Source of the DNA: Amoebophrya sp. A120
Lineage: Eukaryota > Protista > Dinoflagellata
Assembly (NCBI GenBank): GCA_905178155.1
Contig: CAJINV010000003.1
Location: 7,611,882 to 7,675,881, forward strand
DNA length: 64,000 bases
Reading direction: 5' to 3'
Shown here: piece by piece, positions 11,042 through 25,100 of the stretch
How positions within the stretch are numbered: the first letter of the stretch is position 1
How the letters are laid out: each line of letters starts with the position of its first letter
Position numbers and translations under genes: made by a program
Notes under the pieces: model-generated
What the model was told of the DNA's origin: nothing
Database searches by the model: none
The model's input: only the letters and a program-made list of their open reading frames with translations

Positions 11042-14000
11042 TCAGTTCAACAGTGTGAACTGCTCCGGCCGCAGCTCTCCGAAGTACTGCATGATGTTTT
11101 TGAAAAAGCTTTCAACCACTTTCGTCACGTTGGTCAATTCGGCTTTGAACTTCAGAAAGTCGTCCCGGGAGGCCCCTGAGCTACTAGCGGTAGAAGCGGA
11201 AGCGGCGGCTGCTCCGCTCCCTGCCGAAGAGGAGACGCCAGCCGCTGCCACGGACGCGGATGACCTTCCCGCCCCGCGCGCGGCGGACGCGCTTGTTCCC
11301 GCATTTGCGGCGACGCCTGCAGTGCCGCGCAGGTCGGACTTGATGAACGGATTGCTTTCGAACAGCGACTGCAGCTGGTCTACCTTCTGCTCGAGCTGCC
11401 CCTGCTGGAACTCGAAAAACTGGTTTGAGCCTCCCAGGTAATACGCCACTGCATAGGTCCACTTGAGCATTATGCAAGAAATGGGATTCCTATACTGTAA
11501 CTTCGTGGAACGGCGTAACATGGACGATGGGTGCGTCTGTCATGCTGCTCATGCATTGCACTTGCAGGACCCATTCACACGCATCTTCAAGTAGTACCAT
11601 CGATCTGCGCATGACAGGGTTTTCTTTCATCCTCATGCCAGACATAACTATGCTGCTCCGCCAAAAAAGTATACAGTTACACATTTTTTTTTCTTGGATA
11701 AGCATGCGCCGGCAATCAATTACCTGATGAACGTGTAAAGTGGATAATCGGAAGTAAGTGCCCACACCCCAACATCTTCCTAGCAGCACAACGCACTTAG
11801 TCTTAATTTCCATTTTGCGCTCGTCAAAATCAATCGGTACGCAGCACGGTGGACTCTAGCGCATCCATCACTACATGCGATGTTCTACTACTCGGTGCAT
11901 TCATGATATTTCTTCAGTATTTCTTACCTGTTTTATAGCCTCCTCTAGGAACAAGACATCGTCCCAATTCCCGAACCGCCGCTGTAGATCCTCCATTTTG
12001 CGTCGCACCTCCTCCCGAGTCTTCTTGGAAGCGATAGTCTGTGATTGCGAATGCGCAGCGTATCGTTCGTAGAAGTGTGCATACCTGTAAAGAAGATGCA
12101 AGTTGGAATGGTACGAAAACGGAGTCCGAACGGCAAAAATTATCTGGTCGCAGGCGGTTATCGCTTGCTGAAGCGGGGAGACAAAAATTCTAGCTTGCAA
12201 AGAAGATCCGCATGCTCACTTGACGAGAAGCAAGTTTGTTCCCTACCTGGCAAGATTTTTTTTGCTGATCTCCTTCTCCTCATCTGGCTGCATGAACTTG
12301 TTGCAGGGGCGTCCATCCCGAGTGTGAGAGTAGTTGTAATCATCCGCAAGGCAAAGCCAGCAAAACTGGTGTCCACAGCGACAGACGATGTGCATGCACC
12401 CTGTAAAACATAATCGCGCAGGCAGAAATAATCTTTAACTTTATATGCTTCATTCTATTATTTTAAGTGCTACACTCCTCCGTAAAAGTTAACTTGCATG
12501 CTTCATCTCGTGGTACCCTGCGGAACAACATGAGTCCCAAAAAGATCTTTTTCGTCCAGGTGAACGTCCTTCCTTTATGCTCCAGTTCCGGTTGAAAAGT
12601 GTCACTTCCTATAGGCACGACATGCGCGAAAGAAGACGCTCCTGCTACGTGTGGCCGACATAAAAAAAAACAGATCCATGTGGTTGTACCTTGGTTTTTC
12701 TCGATTGGGTTTTTGCACTTTGGGCAGGATTTGGTGTTCGCCAAGATCCAGGTCACATTCTGTGCTTCATCTTGATTCTTTTCGAGCCATTTAGCGACAA
12801 CGTGGCAGTAAACACCAGCGTGCGCCTCGTGGTTGCAGGTGAAACACCACTTGTACTCGCACGATTCGCACTCCACTTCGCGGCACTGCAGCGGTTGCGC
12901 TGACGCGGGGAACATCGAGTCTCTTCCCGGTGCGGCGGATGATGTGGCACCCGAACTACTGCTGGTCCCGGCGGTGGCGTTGAAATTCGCGAGCAAGGCG
13001 TCTTCCCGGATGTCGGGTGGGGGAGCAGGGGGCTCGGGCTCCGCATTGCGCACCACCTATTAGTTTGGAAGAAGCTGCCAGGTGTCATATCAACTTCTAG
13101 TCCTGTCGGCGAATAGAGTCTGCCCTCATCTCACACACATTCCGCTTCTTCGTGCTCGACAACTAATTTTTCTACTCCTAAGAGACCGGCGCCACCAGGC
13201 GACATTGCGATGGATTTAGGCCGTAGAATCTTAAAGCTGCTTCTTCTATATTTCTTTTCTTGTGTTTCGTCGCTACAAGTTGTAAAAAACATCAATACAG
13301 CAACGATGCCACAGTAAACAATACTCTCATGCGTCGTCGCACTCCTGCAGCTGCCTCGTTGTACCAAGCCTGGGCAGCCGCTAGCCTCTCCGCTACGGGG
13401 CGCGGGCCGGCGCCACCGCCGTCGAGGCCGAACCCTGGTGGTGCTACGGCGGGCAACACTCCGTCACGCTGTGGCGCCATGGCAGCTGGCTGCCCGGTTG
13501 CTCGACCAGCATTGGCGCCGGTCTTCCCGCGTTTCTTCCGCTGGTTTTGGCCCCCATCCTCCTCTCCCGCATCGTCGTCGTTTGTCTTTTGTGCGCTGGT
13601 GGTCTCTGCGGCGGGCCGCTTCGAAGACTTTAACCATGCCATGTCTCGCGCGTTTTCCATCGTGCGGCAGGGTTCGTTTACCAAGATGCAGTTAGCGCAG
13701 TCTGGGCTGGGACACCACTTGCAACGCTGCTGCATGTCCACGAAGCTGCAATATTTTTTTCTTGATACCTTTTCGAACGATGAAAATCTGTGCATCATGA
13801 TCTCAATCACGATCCACGGAACCAACTTCTAGCCGTTTCATTTCTATAGATTCATGACGCGAGAAAGCACTGCTCGGTCTCCTGTGTACTGCAGTTACTT
13901 ATGGCCAATAAGAACAACTTCTACTTTTTGGGGCATTGCATTCAAAAGTCGGCAGAAACGAAACGGTAAAGATCTGGTTGCAGCAGTGCTAAGTACTCTT

Positions 14001-15440
14001 TCGCCTCGAATTCCGCTGCTTTGGTCTCGACACTTGGAGCCAGAGCAGGTATCATGTTCCAGCGGACACGTTCCGGGCACTTGGGCTCCATACAGCGAAC
14101 CGTGAGATAGCTTGCCCCGTCGCCCACCGCGCACTCTAAGTGCTGCCGCCAGCAGGAAGTGCAGAAGTTGTGTCCGCAGGGCAGCGCGAACAGTGAATCT
14201 TGTTCCAGAGACAACGCCGTGGTCCGATTCGCCAAGCTTTGCACCGCCAAGGAACTACTACTCCCCGCGCCGCTGGTCGTCCCGGTGTTTATTCCTCGTA
14301 GTTCCCCGCCAGCCCGGAGGACCGTGTCGGGGTCCTGCTCCACCAGCGGCGGTAAAAGCGTCTCCGTGGGCGCAACCGTAGACGTGTCCGCCGCCCGCGC
14401 GGTTACTGTCTCCGGAAGCATGTTCGCAGGCCGTGGCGTCTTGAGAATCATGTCCGGCAAGTCCTGGAGCCCGTAGATGCGCGACGAGGCCGGGAATGAC
14501 TCATAGCACACCGAACAATGCAGCTCGCCACCCGCGGCGCTGCTGGACGAGGAGGCCGAGGAAGAGGACGACGCGGCTCCACCCCGCGGCAGATCGCTGG
14601 TCCTTGGCAGGGCCGAAATTCCCAGTGCCGGTACTGAAAGACCCACCTTCTGGCAAATTTTTTCCGGGTTCGCGAACCAGGCCTCCGTGAGCTGCTGCAC
14701 GTCCCACTTGTACTCTTTCAACACGAGCTTCGCGTCTGCACCCTCCAGGGCGGTCAGCTCACACACCTAGAAAAGCGAAGACAGTGAGAACGATAGGTCG
14801 ACAACGTGGGGACGATCCACGAATCGAACAAAAATGAAGGGTAATTCAACAAAATCTCGTCCGTGCTGTACTATAGTCAAAAATTCAGCGAAGTCTACGA
14901 CCAGGAGAGGTACTTCTACACCAGACATGAAAATAAGTACTTACAACACGAAGGTTCTTTATGAAAAAATTCGGTCAGTGCTACCTGATCTACCGATGCC
15001 GCCATTTCCTCCTCTACCTCTACTGGAAAAGCGAGGGAGCGAAACGCGGCCCGCCGTTTTTTCGGATGCTGGTAGCTGCTTGCTTCGTCATCGGTATCCT
15101 GTGTCATCTCAACGTCGCTCTCCCCGTCGAGAGACCGCTTGTTCGGCGAAAAAATTACATCGTTGCCCTGCTCTCCGACCACCCGCTTTCCTGTTTTTGA
15201 CGCGCTAGTAATGTTCGCCGAGCTGCTCGTCGGCGCCCCACTTCCCGAAGCCTTGTTGAGCTGCAGCACCGCGGCCGAAGCCTTTCCGGTAGTGCCGCCA
15301 GTGGACGAGGAAGCTGGGGCGACGCCGGACGACCTCGGCGGCTGTCCCATCGCGTCATCGTCTGAATCCCCGGACTCATACACATAGCTGCCACCGTCGC
15401 TGGCACAGTCCGACTCGCTATCCTCCTTGTTCCGCCACAT
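11042..15440 (-). CDS. ARI: Ariadne (ARI)-type RBR E3 ubiquitin ligase, multi-exon
   Basis: Acidic N-terminus; UBA-like LKEYKWD; RING1 CSVC...CGHNFCTSCW...CMEPKC; IBR CKWCPSPDC...CESC...WCFTCNHEAH...C; RING2 [22 protein letters not shown]...CGHQFCWLC; Ariadne domain RYAHFYERY...RRMLKWTYAVAYY. Confidence 0.92.
11471..11700. mobile_element. Introner (230 bp), TSD AGCAT
   Basis: tatgcaagaaa...tttcttggata; agcat at 11466-11470 and 11701-11705; removal gives the conserved RRML|KWTYA. Confidence 0.9.
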
Positions 15441-17685
15441 TTCGACGTGCCAACCTCAGGCAAAGCACGTCTTGTTTTCCTGGTATGAGCTGCCGCGTAC
15501 AGCTGGTTTCGAACAGAGTTGTGCTGTGTCCACCCTGCTTCTGCTGATACAACTGCAAAAAGAGCAGGAACTTATTGTGGTGAAGAACTGCCGCTCGACA
15601 ATATTAGCAAACTTCGGAGTGAATAAACCTTGTTTCCAGTTGTTCTCCGCGATGTCAGCCGATCGCCGTGTCGACGAGCGAAACAGGTGCGTTGACCATG
15701 GGGAGGTCGCAGTAAAGTCAAAATGTGAAGATCAAACGATGACAATGACAAGGATGCCGGAGGGTCTTCTGGAAGCACCTTGAATAGGTCGATGATGAAG
15801 ATGAGCAGGCGGCTCCTGCTTCTTGTTCATAGTCATGTCCTTTACCGTGACCGTGCCAGCACGAGTGCTCGTCTACAAATACAACAAGAAGACTCGTTAT
15901 CTTTACAACATTTTTAAATCTTCCAATTTACTTACAGGGAGTAGCAGGCGGACCCGGGAATATCCCAACGACCAGGTCACGAGTCAAACACGGTCATCAA
16001 AGTGGCAACTGAGAGAAAAAACGCTACATCATTGCTGCTCCCTGTGCCACAATGTATGACTATGTACAGTTTTTCCACAGAAGTAAGCAAAACCCAAAAA
16101 AATCGCTATTCATCGCACTAGCTTCAAACAGAATATAACATCTCCAAGACAAACACTGTGAGGTGGTTGATAACGGCTTGCGCTTTTTTGTTCGTCTTGC
16201 CTATTTGCATACCCATTTTTGCTCCTGAAAGTAGTATAACATCATCCTGAGGAATGGCTGCGAAAACTAAAGGCATAAATAAAAATCATAGCATAATTAC
16301 GAGACCGTTTTTCGAGTTCGGATCGATGTTTTCTGGTTCCACTATCTTTTTGCTTGGCGAGACGAGATCGAGAGTAAAGCCACCCTCTCAGGAAAGCGAA
16401 AGACTGTCGAGAAATTACGAAGTAGTTGTCGCGCAAGTAACGAAGTTTTCGTTTTGCTCCTGCGTCTAGTGCGATATATAAATCACAAATCCTCAACCAT
16501 GTCCGGAGACGCGGCAATCAGGACAAGCCTGTGTTATTTGTACATCACAAAAACGCAACATCTAGGACTGTCCACTATGACGCCAATGTGCGCGAATGCG
16601 AATAGGTGCCGTGTTCGTAAAAGAGATTGATAATAGATAGTAAAGAGTGTATCTTGGGTGCGAAGCCAAAAGGTTGAGAGGAACTGTTGATTTGAAACAC
16701 TGTCAATATCCGTCTTGTTTGCAATCTCAAAACCGTTTTCGCGAAATCAAACGCAACGAGTTGCGGTTTCTCCTCGTGGTGGTGTCGTGCTCTGACTCGC
16801 TTGTATTTCACGACCGTATTGACCGATGTGAAAAGCGGTGCTTTTCTGTGCGTGAAGGTCAAGAAACAGAACATGGCAAATTGATGGAATAAGTAGGTAC
16901 CTCAACATTGAATCACGAGTGATCTTTCTGAAAGAATCTGTATCTGATCTGTTACCGCACTAAAAACATAGAGTAAGAACACGTTGGCGACTCAGTTGAT
17001 AGCCTAAGCACGGGTTGGTGCTTCTGCCCGCAACGAACAAAGTGCGGGCGAGATCTGAGAGTTTCTTTGTGCAGTTGGTAAGTATAGAGCTCCAGTGCGC
17101 AACATGAGATCAAGCGGCTCGATCGTCGCAGGAGGACATGATGACTAAACACTCTCCAGTCTTTTTGGGCAAGCGTAAGCAGGGGGCGCAACAGAGTAAG
17201 CGGAAGCGAGACGCTATTCGAGAGGGCGAAGCAGTCCCTACCACTGCTACCCCTGTTCCTGATGATGCGCTTCGCAAGCGCATCGACGTGCAGCCTCATT
17301 CCGCCGCATCACTTCGAATAGTGTCTGGTAGAAGTGCTGTGAATCATCATCGACATCCTGAATTTTGCGATGGCCACCTGCTATTCATTCTGCCCTCTAT
17401 CTCATGGCCAAAGCCAGCGGTAAAATGTAGCTGCTACAAAAATAGCTACATATCGATAGCGTACCCTTGATACATAAGACTCAAAAGACTCCTAGTGTAC
17501 AGACGTTGTTTGATGGTTTGATAAGTAGACTCCGTGACATGTAACATTTTGAAAGTGAGAGAGAGCTCTTCTTTCCTCGTCGTTTTGGAAATGCTCGACG
17601 AAAGAGGGGTGAGACCACGACGACCTTGATTTTCTATTTTCTGCTGCTCGCGCATTCAAAAAAAACCTTCCGCACATCGCCTGAT

Positions 17686-19072
17686 TTACTTCTTCTTCTT
17701 GTCAGCCGCCACTGGGGCTTTGTTTTTGCGCAACTCCACCGGCACCTGCTTCTTCGCCCGCTTAGCGCAGCACCCGCAGCAGCACACTGTAAAAAAAGCG
17801 GTGAAATGTGTAGTAAAATTTACCGAAGTACGTAGTCGCAACGTAAGTTGCTAGCATAGGAAAAAAAACAATATGGCGCAAGCTTCTTCGGTACTGTAGT
17901 AGGAAAAAAAACAAAAAGGTATAAATCAGAAAACAATATATTAAGATGGAGTACCGAAGCAGAACATCTTGAGCATGTAGCCGAAGACGAAGTAGCAGAG
18001 GAAGAGGGAAACCAGGAGGAGGTCCAAAAACCCGATGCCGGAGAGCTTGCCCGCGTACTGGGGATAATGCTTCTCGAACGCATCGAGAAATTGCTGCACC
18101 AGGCGGAAGGGCTGGGAGGACTCCACGAGGGCGACCACGGGCTTGAGCTTCGCCTGGGTATTGACAGGAAAAATCCCCCCCCCCCATATTGAAAAGGTAT
18201 GCTTCCAAGTATTTGTATTGCGGATTTGAGGTCACAAATCACGTCTGTCTTGCAAGAAGACAAGGGCAGAAGCTTCCGCCCCATTATGGAAGCGGTTTGT
18301 CATGCTGTTGGGCCTAAAGGGGGGCCGTTTGCCATGCTGAACTACTAGACCCATACGCCCCTACCTAGCCCGGGGATCTGGCCGCAGTGCCTCTCTGCAA
18401 TACAAAGCTGATTTGTGGTCACAAATCAGCATCACAAATTTCCGTTTTGATATGGGGAGGGGGGATTTTTCATTTTGATACTGGGTGACGGATACCATCT
18501 CCGACAGGGGGGGAATTCCATTCTTCAATCGGAAGGACTCCGCCTCGCCCTTCACGAGATCCATCTTTTCCACTGCCAAATCATATTTCTCGAGCACCTG
18601 ATCTTTCACGTTCGGCGGGAGCTTGGAGAAAGCCAGCGTGGTGCCCGTTTCCGCCGTGAAAAACAACAAGTCCTTGGTCATCAGTACCTGCCGAAAAAAA
18701 ATTATAACAACATCCCGTGCAAAAATTCTGCGACAAAAGAAGCTCTTTTCTGTAAAAAAATGTTGACTTCGGCTTGACATGTTGACTAAGCAGCTCAGCT
18801 CCTTCGAGGGAGGACTCACAACAAATCTGCTGGATGAAAGGGGACAGCAGCATCTCATGCGCAGGACATGGTAAACGGAGCCGCACTACAAAAAAAAAAT
18901 AATCGTGATCCCCCATGAATGCAGCTTTTTGCTATATTTATACCGAGTTCGAGACGAAGTCGTAAGTGCCGGATGCAGTAAGGAGGGGTTCGGCCTTTGA
19001 TTTCTTCTCGGCTGCAGCGACAGAAGCAGCGGCAGCAGTAAAGGCCGCGGTACGAAGAACAGACTTCATCAT
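17686..19072 (-). CDS. Hypothetical type I membrane protein with signal peptide and C-terminal di-lysine (DKKKK) ER-retrieval motif
   Basis: N-terminal MMKSVLRTAAFTAAAASVAAA; TM segment FLDLLLVSLFLCYFVFGYML; reconstructed tail RAKKQVPVELRKNKAPVAADKKKK*. The 3' introns are tentative. Confidence 0.55.
18159..18480. mobile_element. Introner family D (322 bp), TSD CTGGG
   Basis: tattgacaggaaaaatccccc...catat / atatggggaggggggatttttcattttgata; ctggg at 18154-18158 and 18481-18485; removal gives VSVTQ|AKLKP. The right part is nearly identical to the 54616 copy. Confidence 0.92.
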
Positions 19073-19863
19073 CTTTTTGTCTTTCAAAGAAAGCTCTCAA
19101 AAAGGTTGTGAAACTTGTCGTAGACTAGACGTAGATTCGCAGGACAGTTGTCGTAATACCAAAATAAAATCAGTGCACAAAGAATGACTTCAAGAACTAA
19201 AACCAGTGCCTAATTTTCACAAAAAAATTGGAGCTGACTGGGCATTCGATAATGGAGACGTTGTCGAATGATCGATACGATGGAGACGTCGTCAAGGAAT
19301 CGCTTATGACTATGGCTTCTATGGTGCCACACCAGAGGGATCTCGTACCAAATCAAGAGTTTACCAGGAAAATTGAAGAACTCAATCGTCGCAATTTCAT
19401 TTTGCAGATCTGTAGAATACCTCATCGAAGTAGTGGTGAGAGCTTTTCTAGCGCTTCGCTTGGAACTCGTGCCACCTGACAGCACTGTTGATAAATCATA
19501 ATCACATTCAAGTCTCGATGTGCATGAACACGCTTCCACGGCAGCATCCGCCAGAGAGATTGTTACCGCATGTTACCGAAATCATACAAATTTGCTGACC
19601 GGGTGCGGCCTCGTTTTTGAGCTGTTCATACGCGCAAATAATCCGGATACTAGGTATGCTCATCTCTGTCGCAATTTCTTTTAAGCCATGCCCGCTTGTA
19701 GTTCAGCGCGGATCCTTGCCCTTTGTGTCGTCTATCATTGCCTTCAATCCCGGCCGCGGGTGAGAATTTTGCTTTCTTGACCCAGGCTGCTATAATGCAT
19801 GTCGCTGTGAACAAACAAGGCACTCCACGATCCCTGTCGTGGCTAAAGTGACACGAAAGAGTT

Positions 19864-21914
19864 CTACAGTTCGTCCTTACCTTCTTTTTTATCGCGTGTT
19901 GACTTTTGTTTACTTGTTAAGATGTCCCAGCGGAGGTTTTTTGCCCGATGCTTGTTGGAAACCCGGTACTCGCTCAGGATCTCGTTGGTTGCGCGATCCC
20001 GCGCGACGAACACGTGCGTGCGGTGCGTATTCAGTCCCTGTGTGGCGATGCGTTCATGCTCTTGTTTTCCCGTCGGGATGGTTGGAAAGTCTAGCATGAA
20101 CACCTCCTCCTTGGTCGCTTCGTTTTTCCAGAACACTTTGATCGGCGTATCTGTGTTGACGGTCAGGTGCCGCGTACCGTCGTCGGGCGCGTCGTCCTTC
20201 CCCTCGCCACGACCCAGTGCGGCCATCCGGGGATGCTTCGGATCCCACTTTGCTATCGGTGTGCTCCGTGGCTTATTGTGAATCCACGCATTGATCGCGT
20301 ACTTGGTTCCCTTTAGTACCTGCATATTTACACATAGACCACATCAGTTTTCCACAGAGTGCAAGCGCCCTAACCGCGCATATGCATGTTGCCGACAAAA
20401 GCTCTCGGAGCAGGCGTTCTTTCTTTACGCAAAGACAGCCGCCTTTAAGCAGAGTAGTATTAAAACTCCGTTTTCATCAATATCATCGTGTGGCTGTGCA
20501 ATGCACTGCTGGGATGCTTCAAGATAACAATATTCTTGTTCATATGCAGTAATTATCAAAGGAGTTCATCCGGTCAATGTATTCATCTTTCTACTATCGC
20601 TGCGCTCTTGCAGGAGCTGCTGCGTCAATAAAAAAGATATCAGCAGCAAACCTTGCAACCCGCGTGAAGGGCGTGCTTGGAGACGATCCCCGTCGCGTCC
20701 ATGTTGTACCAAAGTACAGCGGCCCCCTGCTCGGCTTTGACGATCAAGCCCTGACTGCAACTGGCCATGGACTTGGGCCACGGGGCCCCGTCGGCGACCG
20801 GAAAGTTGGTCTCGCCGCCCTCGGGCACGGTGTTCAGGTACCAGAACAGCGTGAGCATCCGATCGAAGTAACCGTAGTGCTTGTCCATCAACAGCCGGTC
20901 GTTTTGCGCGTAGTAAATCAGATTCGAGGCGTCGTCGTGGGCGTGGTAGAATCCCTTCGTGTCGTACTTCAGTATCTGCAGTTCTTCCTGGTGGCTGCTG
21001 GGTAGCTTGGTGAGAGATGCTGCTCTTGCCTGGAACGTCGTGATCAGTGCGGTTTCGTTTGCCTTCGGGCGGTAATCCAGGCTGGTGCGGTACTTCTTCG
21101 TGTCTCCGTCGAGATCGTTGTCCATTTTGATCACGTTGGACTCCTTGAACCGCGGCTTGGCGTACGCGATCAATCCCTCCGCCTCTTCCCCCGTGACCAA
21201 ACCGGATACGAAAAAAACCGAGGGCACCACGGCTTGAGTGACCAGCTTCACGGTCCGGTGCCCTGCGATCGCGATGACGTGCTCGAACCCTTTGCGGACC
21301 GGTGGCCACTGCCACTGGCCGCCCTCGAGCAGGAAAAAAGACTGCGGCAGCGGTGCGCTGGAACTGGTCCCCCCATCCAGTGGCTGACCATCCGGTGTGA
21401 AGAATCGCACCGGCTGCTGATATTCAACCCGGGGTTTCACCGCGAGCTGCTTTTCGATTTCTGCGAAAACGTCGGCCCACGTGCCATACCTAATTTAAAA
21501 GGTCAGAAATATTGAATTGTTCGGGCCGAAAAAACAGAAAGCAGCCGCGACGGCGGACCTTAAAAAAAATAAGCACAAAATTGGCAATGTGGCTGGACTC
21601 AATCGAAAATGAACTTTTCTCAAGTCTGGGATTGAAACTCCAGTTGCACCATCACATGCAACCTTAGATCGGTCAACTTACCCGCTGCATGTGGTGAATT
21701 TCTGCTTGAAATCAATGAGCATCGGCTTGGCAGTTCTTAGGGAATCCTTCCAGACGTAGACACCGCAGTCCGCCTTCTCCATGATGTGATAGCCCACAAC
21801 GGCCATGTCCGCAGTGTAAATGGACGATGGTTCCGGGTCCGTCGCTCCCGTACCGCAGCATTGCAGCGGGAAAAGAGCACACAAGAAAGAGAAACAGAAA
21901 GAACGCCACGTCAT
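19864..21914 (-). CDS. P4H: Prolyl 4-hydroxylase (2OG-Fe(II) dioxygenase), ER-luminal, 3 exons
   Basis: Signal peptide; RTS; EELQILKY...YHAHDD (HxD); RMLTLFWYLNTVPEGGETNFP; HAGCK|VLKGTKYAINAW; C-terminal KDEL; GT-AG introns. Confidence 0.9.
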
Positions 21915-22136
21915 CTTGCACTCTGTTCGGTCCGAATCTTCTCACCGACCCACTTCAGATTTGAGTTGCCCCAAAAAACTTCTGAAGCACACAATTTGTT
22001 TCACGCAGCAATGCGCAGACGACGCTGTGTGCCCGGAAGCAACGTCCTGAAGCGCGCAGTCGTCGCTGGCAGATAAAGAAGAACCTCACACTCTTTCTGG
22101 AAAAGTTATGCACTTTACACACTCACAACACGCTTT

Positions 22137-25100
22137 TTACGCGACAGCTACTCCCGGTAGATGGACGCAAAAACGCAGGCGAACCACGCCACTGCTTTTT
22201 TCACCGGGCAGGAAGCGCCATTTGATGCGTTGTTTATCAAATCGCTTGAGCAGATGCAACGATGCAAAAACAGTAACGGCGCGAATAAAATCCGTTTCTT
22301 TCCTTTTCCTGATGCGGTCCCATTCATCAATGGCTGCACGTCTGAGTACTGCATCTACAACCTTGCCACCCTCAGAAAGATACTCAGTATCCTGCTTGTC
22401 ATCTTCATCCACAGATAGAGTGCTCCGATTATCGGCTGAGACTCAAGAGGACGTCGCCTTGGTGACATCTACAGTTCACACCACGGCTCTGTGGACGCCA
22501 TAGGCAAGGTCAAATTCATCAAAACCTTCGCGTGCTTAGTCTCGATAGCGCGCAGCATCCATCGTCCCTCCTCGGTCTGCGTTGCTACTTTGTCCACCGC
22601 CGCGTGCCTGTGAAATGAAGTTCTGCGAAAATGATCAAGAGCCACATCGTCCTAAAGACAAATGCACTGCACTTTCGCGGTAGACAGTGTAAAAGACGGG
22701 CGCGTTCACTGCACACTTTTCTGCTGCCACGGGCCAATATGGTTGTTCCACCATGAGAATAATTCATGCAGACCAGCTGCATAGAAGGAATACGGCAACA
22801 TGTTTCGTACCAACTATCCCCACCGACGGCGAGTGCCAGGAGCGCAACGAAAGGGTGCTCGACGGGACTTTTGCACAGCACGCGGGCTTTGCTGAGGAGA
22901 TCGCGGGACAGTGGCCCCGTGTGCAGCAGCATTCCACCCTGCTCGTCCACCACAAGCAGCCTCCCCTCCTCCATGTGCTCGTGCGCCTGGATCCGCAAGG
23001 CTGCGCTGTGCACGGGCACGATTGCGGGATCCGCCCAGTAAACATACTTGTGATGCTTCCAGGTGTGGTCCAGGGCCCAGGAGGCAAGCGGCAGCACTGT
23101 CCAAGCGGAATCGAGAGAGCCCGGCGTGTGCTCGGCCACCTCCAGGTTTGGGCAGTCCACGCCTAGAAAGTTATATGGGAGCTGCTCCAACCAAGCGCGG
23201 TGCTCCGCTGACTTAAAATCCAGGTGCGTCACCACGGACAAAATCAGGATCTCGCGCCGGTCGTGCCACCTCTCAGCAAGCTCCGCCTGCAGTTGAATTT
23301 TTATCTTCAACAGCCCTCACCGATTTGGCATCCCGTCACATCCAGAAAGTACATGATCAGTTGTAGTTTGACAACACGATCATAAATCGAGCTGTGTGTC
23401 CACAGCCCCCATGAAGACAATAAAATCAGTGAATAAAGAGATATGAAATTTATCCCGCCATATCGTTTGGAGTAGACGAACCGAAACGAAAAAAAGCAAG
23501 TTGTTGTACAAACATCGGTGATCAGCAGTACCCATTCCCGGTAACAGACGGCGGCCATCATCGGAAGCGCAACCAAAGAGATGTGCAACACTCGTGTCTT
23601 TATCCGGTGCCGCTTCTGATACTTTTCCTTTCCCGCACTCGTCCCGAAGAGCCCGAAAGACCCCACCTCGAAGACCGTCTTCGCCCACCAGCAAACGAGT
23701 AGCCCCGCAAACGCGACGACGCAGCCGATGCCGACAAAAAGCGCATTAAACCAGTACTGGTGCGGAAACTGGTTGGGTGCTCGGTATTTCTGCGCTCGAC
23801 ACCCGGGCCTCATCGAGCCGAACATCACGTTGTGATGGCCCTCGAGAAGCTCGTCGTGTGTGCGCGCATACTCGTCCACCGCTATGCAATACAAATTTCC
23901 CGTACATGTACAAGATGCATCACAAATTCTACCAATTTGAAGCGTGAAACTTGTCATGCTAAACTAGAATCGAAGGCAAGTTTTGTCATGCGGAGACCGC
24001 ATTTGTACGTGTACGGGAAATTTACTGTGGATAACCGCGAACCCGATCGAATGGAACCAGTCGTGCACTATGTGGTGCATATCAAATGCAAAAATGTCTG
24101 GGTCTGGAAGAGTGGATGTTTGTCATGCTTGTCTGGGATGATTCTTAAATCTGTCATGCACGTTACCCAAGAGCCCAATTGTTCTGTCATGCAGAAACAC
24201 AGTTTGTCATGCAGAATAGGCAACACCTAGAAGCTGAGAAAGCTGTCATGCTGAGCCAGCATTTGTAGCCTCATCATGAGACGCCACCCAGCATCACAAG
24301 TTCCCAGACCCAGACATTTTTACATTTGATAGTGCACTTCTTCGTGGCCCTCCCGAGTGCCCTCGAACATCGAGAGCTCTGCACGAAGAGCCTCATGTGA
24401 CGTATATCGTGGTGCCCGCCGACCTCGCTTGTTCTTCTTGCGCTTTGTTGTAACATGGGTCCGCTCCTCCCGGCTTTCTACCGGCTGTACTGCTTCGGTG
24501 CTTTGATTTTGCGCATCTTCGTCCTGCCTCGACGTCACGGAAACCTGATCACCGACTGCGGTCTTCCCTGCAGTATCAGTTGCCACGGGGGGAGGTAGGC
24601 TGTCCGTTATCTCTGCCTCTTCTTCAGCAAGATTTGCATTCCATTCGCCCGCTGAATCTCCGCCGGCCTGTCCTGATGTGCTGTAATCTTCATTATCTAT
24701 GCCAGTAAACACATCGTCACCTTCGTCCTCTTGCCCTGACGTGCTAGCAGGTCCACCTTTGTTGGATGCCTCCAGCTCCGCAACGTTCGAAGCTGCTTCC
24801 GAAGGAAGAAATAGGAGGTGCTGGGACAAGGAAAGTACTGCAACGACGCCTCCTGGTGCTCGGATCCTGCTGCAGAAAAGCGCAAAAAGCGATCGCGATG
24901 GAACCTGGCTGGCCATGACGCGCTCAAAACATGCGCCGGCACCTGCAAGCGCCGCGGCCTGCGAGTGCCTTTGTGTACCAACTTCAAAATAAACTAGACG
25001 TACATACGTGAATGTTCGTTTTGACATTAGCAGTTTTGGGCAGCACTGCAAGCTTGCTCGACAGAAGAGAAAGACCGTAAAATTTTTGATTGCAAAGTTT

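Noticed and set aside
16242-17300. Short minus-strand ORFs that may form another spliced gene
   Set aside because: I could not assemble a consistent exon chain or recognise a family.
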